Source of the DNA: a virus
Reading direction: 5' to 3' (one strand)
Virus record (IMG/VR): IMGVR_UViG_3300045988_105695
Coordinates: 1-16,196 of that record
Length of the DNA: 16,196 bases
This document shows positions 14,928 through 16,196 of this stretch, piece after piece; position 1 is the first letter of the stretch; every line of letters starts with the position of its first letter. A program made the translations under genes and the position numbers. The notes beneath the pieces were generated by a model. It did no database searches and was not told where the DNA came from. It was given only the letters and a program-made list of their open reading frames with translations.

Positions 14928-15089
14928 TTAACCTCCAATTCTTGGCAACATTGACCAATCTATACTATTTCCAATCCAACACCATATAACTAATAAACCT
15001 AACAGGAATGTGATTCCAACAAAAGCGATTAGAACCAGCTTGCAAAAAGCAAGCCATAACAGATATATATTTTCTTTCAAGTTTTTCAT
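14928..15089 (-). CDS. Unannotated small hydrophobic membrane protein (53 aa)
   Basis: My translation: MKNLKENIYLLWLAFCKLVLIAFVGITFLLGLLVIWCWIGNSIDWSMLPRIGG. Its ATG overlaps the upstream gene's stop (ATGA at 15086-15089). Its TAA stop (14928-14930) is 1 nt from the next ATG. It exactly fills an otherwise empty 147-nt gap. It is below the 60-aa track cutoff. Confidence 0.6.
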   Translation of the reverse strand: MKNLKENIYLLWLAFCKLVLIAFVGITFLLGLLVIWCWIGNSIDWSMLPRIGG

Positions 15090-15382
15090 TGTAAATACAC
15101 ACTTTCTAGTTCTTTACGCAAGTAAAATAAATGCGTTACACCAAATACATCAAACGAACCTAATATAGCGCTTGAACCTGTCTTGTATAAAACAAATCCT
15201 TTCAAGTTTCCTTTGTTGCTGTACATACAATAGACTTTAAATGAATGTGCCTCGTTTATTCGTAATCTAGGATATTTAGTTTTCACTTCCTGTAAATAAT
15301 CAATGAACTTTTCCGCCCATACTCTAGCATTGATTCTGTCGACATCATTCTTTGCTCTTAAACACATAATTTTTCCATCCAT
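15086..15382 (-). CDS. Hypothetical early protein (98 aa)
   Basis: RBS AAGAGGAAA lies 6 nt upstream of the ATG. It is the first gene after the second early promoter. I do not recognise a family. Confidence 0.7.
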   Translation of the reverse strand: MDGKIMCLRAKNDVDRINARVWAEKFIDYLQEVKTKYPRLRINEAHSFKVYCMYSNKGNLKGFVLYKTGSSAILGSFDVFGVTHLFYLRKELESVYLQ

Positions 15383-15404
15383 TTTATTTTCCTCTTTCTT
15401 TTTT

Positions 15405-15440
15405 CAATTACATTGTAGTACAACTATAATTGATTGTAAA
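15405..15440 (-). promoter_or_regulatory. Early promoter P2 (TTTACA-17-TACAAT), a paralogue of P1
   Basis: On the minus strand the -35 TTTACA is at 15440-15435, the spacer is 17 nt, and the -10 TACAAT is at 15417-15412. The module shares about 31/36 positions with the P1 module, including the spacer TTATAGTTGTAC. Confidence 0.7.
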
Positions 15441-15445
15441 CACTT

Positions 15446-15586
15446 TTAATAAATATAATCAATTTCACTTGCAATAGAGGTGATCGTTACACCTCTTGAC
15501 GTTTGATAGAAGTAATAGACACCGCTTAGCTGCTCATAATATTTACAAGTAAATTGCGTACCGTCTTTTAATCTAACCGTATACAT
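15446..15586 (-). CDS. Unannotated small ORF (46 aa), hypothetical
   Basis: MYTVRLKDGTQFTCKYYEQLSGVYYFYQTSRGVTITSIASEIDYIY. AAGGAG lies 8 nt upstream of the ATG at 15586. It fills the gap before promoter P2. Confidence 0.45.
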   Translation of the reverse strand: MYTVRLKDGTQFTCKYYEQLSGVYYFYQTSRGVTITSIASEIDYIY

Positions 15587-15735
15587 ATTTCATACTCCTT
15601 TCTTATTTTTAATTTTAAATCAAGTAGACTCATAAACACATCATAATCATCAATATAATTTTCCATTTCAGCATTTAATGCACAAAGAATAGATTCAACT
15701 TCAATAGGTGATAATTGTAACTTGACTTTCTTCAT
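15568..15735 (-). CDS. Unannotated small acidic ORF (55 aa), hypothetical
   Basis: MKKVKLQLSPIEVESILCALNAEMENYIDDYDVFMSLLDLKLKIRKEYEICIRLD. AGGAGG lies 8 nt upstream of the ATG at 15735. It overlaps the next small ORF by 19 nt. Confidence 0.55.
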   Translation of the reverse strand: MKKVKLQLSPIEVESILCALNAEMENYIDDYDVFMSLLDLKLKIRKEYEICIRLD

Positions 15736-15800
15736 TTTGTTTACCTCCTAATATAATCTCCTATAAAATAGTGTTTTAAGTGTTATCGCTTCACTGTTTT

Positions 15801-15992
15801 TTAATCATACCATCCTAAATTATGTTCTTTAATGTATTTCTTGTACGCTTCAATCATTGTTTTATTGAAGAACACATCTTGTTCCGATCTAATAACTGCT
15901 CTACCTAATGCTTCAAAAACATTTGTTCCTAATACTTCTATTTCATACTTAACTGCTTCATAACACGCTTCTAAACTATAATCGTATTTCAT
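15801..15992 (-). CDS. Hypothetical early protein (63 aa), first gene of the early operon
   Basis: AAGGAGGA lies about 6-7 nt upstream of the ATG. It sits about 40 nt downstream of consensus promoter P1. Confidence 0.7.
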   Translation of the reverse strand: MKYDYSLEACYEAVKYEIEVLGTNVFEALGRAVIRSEQDVFFNKTMIEAYKKYIKEHNLGWYD

Positions 15993-16027
15993 AAATTTTC
16001 CTCCTTGGCTTTCACCTTACCTCTTTA

Positions 16028-16063
16028 CAATTATATTATAGTACAACTATAAATTATTGTCAA
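16028..16063 (-). promoter_or_regulatory. Early promoter P1, perfect sigma-A consensus
   Basis: On the minus strand TTGACA is at 16063-16058, the spacer is 17 nt (ataatttatagttgtac), and TATAAT is at 16040-16035. Confidence 0.85.
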
Positions 16064-16152
16064 ACAATTTCGCATTATTTTATCGAAATTCTAACTTGTA
16101 CTTCTCCCCTACCTATGCTATACTATTTATGGAATCAGTAGGTATTTCTTTT

Positions 16153-16196
16153 CATTCCCTCCCTTTCGCCAGTCACTTGATACACGGTGGCTGGCA
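16153..16196. repeat. Right inverted terminal repeat (inner 44 bp only; the window ends inside it)
   Basis: It is the exact reverse complement of 113-156. The window terminates where the left copy continues for a further 112 nt. Confidence 0.85.

Noticed and set aside
1-16196. Scan for tRNA genes, CRISPR repeats, integrase/repressor lysogeny module and toxin-antitoxin or defence cassettes
   Set aside because: I saw no cloverleaf-like GC-rich segments, no regularly spaced direct repeats and no recombinase or repressor-like ORFs. The coding capacity is fully used by replication, structural, lysis and small early genes.

Overview
The window looks like a near-complete linear genome (about 16.2 kb) of a small phi29-like podophage (Salasmaviridae / former Picovirinae type). 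It has protein-primed replication and probably infects an AT-rich Gram-positive host. Every credible gene is on the minus strand, so the genome reads right to left. The order is: partial right ITR; a consensus early promoter; small early ORFs, three of them below the ORF-track cutoff; a gp5-like SSB; terminal protein; family-B protein-primed DNA polymerase; and a small RHH-like ORF. Next comes a structured RNA of about 155 nt with its own promoter and terminator, which I propose is a prohead/packaging RNA (pRNA). A late promoter then drives scaffold, major capsid, BhlA-type holin, tail fibre, an orphan ORF, an M23+lysozyme tail lysin, tail knob, connector, lower collar, CHAP endolysin and packaging ATPase, ending at the left ITR. 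The termini are strikingly GC/C-rich compared with the AT-rich body. Positions 113-156 are the exact reverse complement of 16153-16196, so the right end appears to lack about 112 nt. I found no tRNA, CRISPR array, integrase or lysogeny module. The main findings are the pRNA candidate with kissing-loop complementarity, the unusual ITRs, a duplicated early promoter module, unannotated small genes, and unusual architectures in the tail lysin and tail knob.
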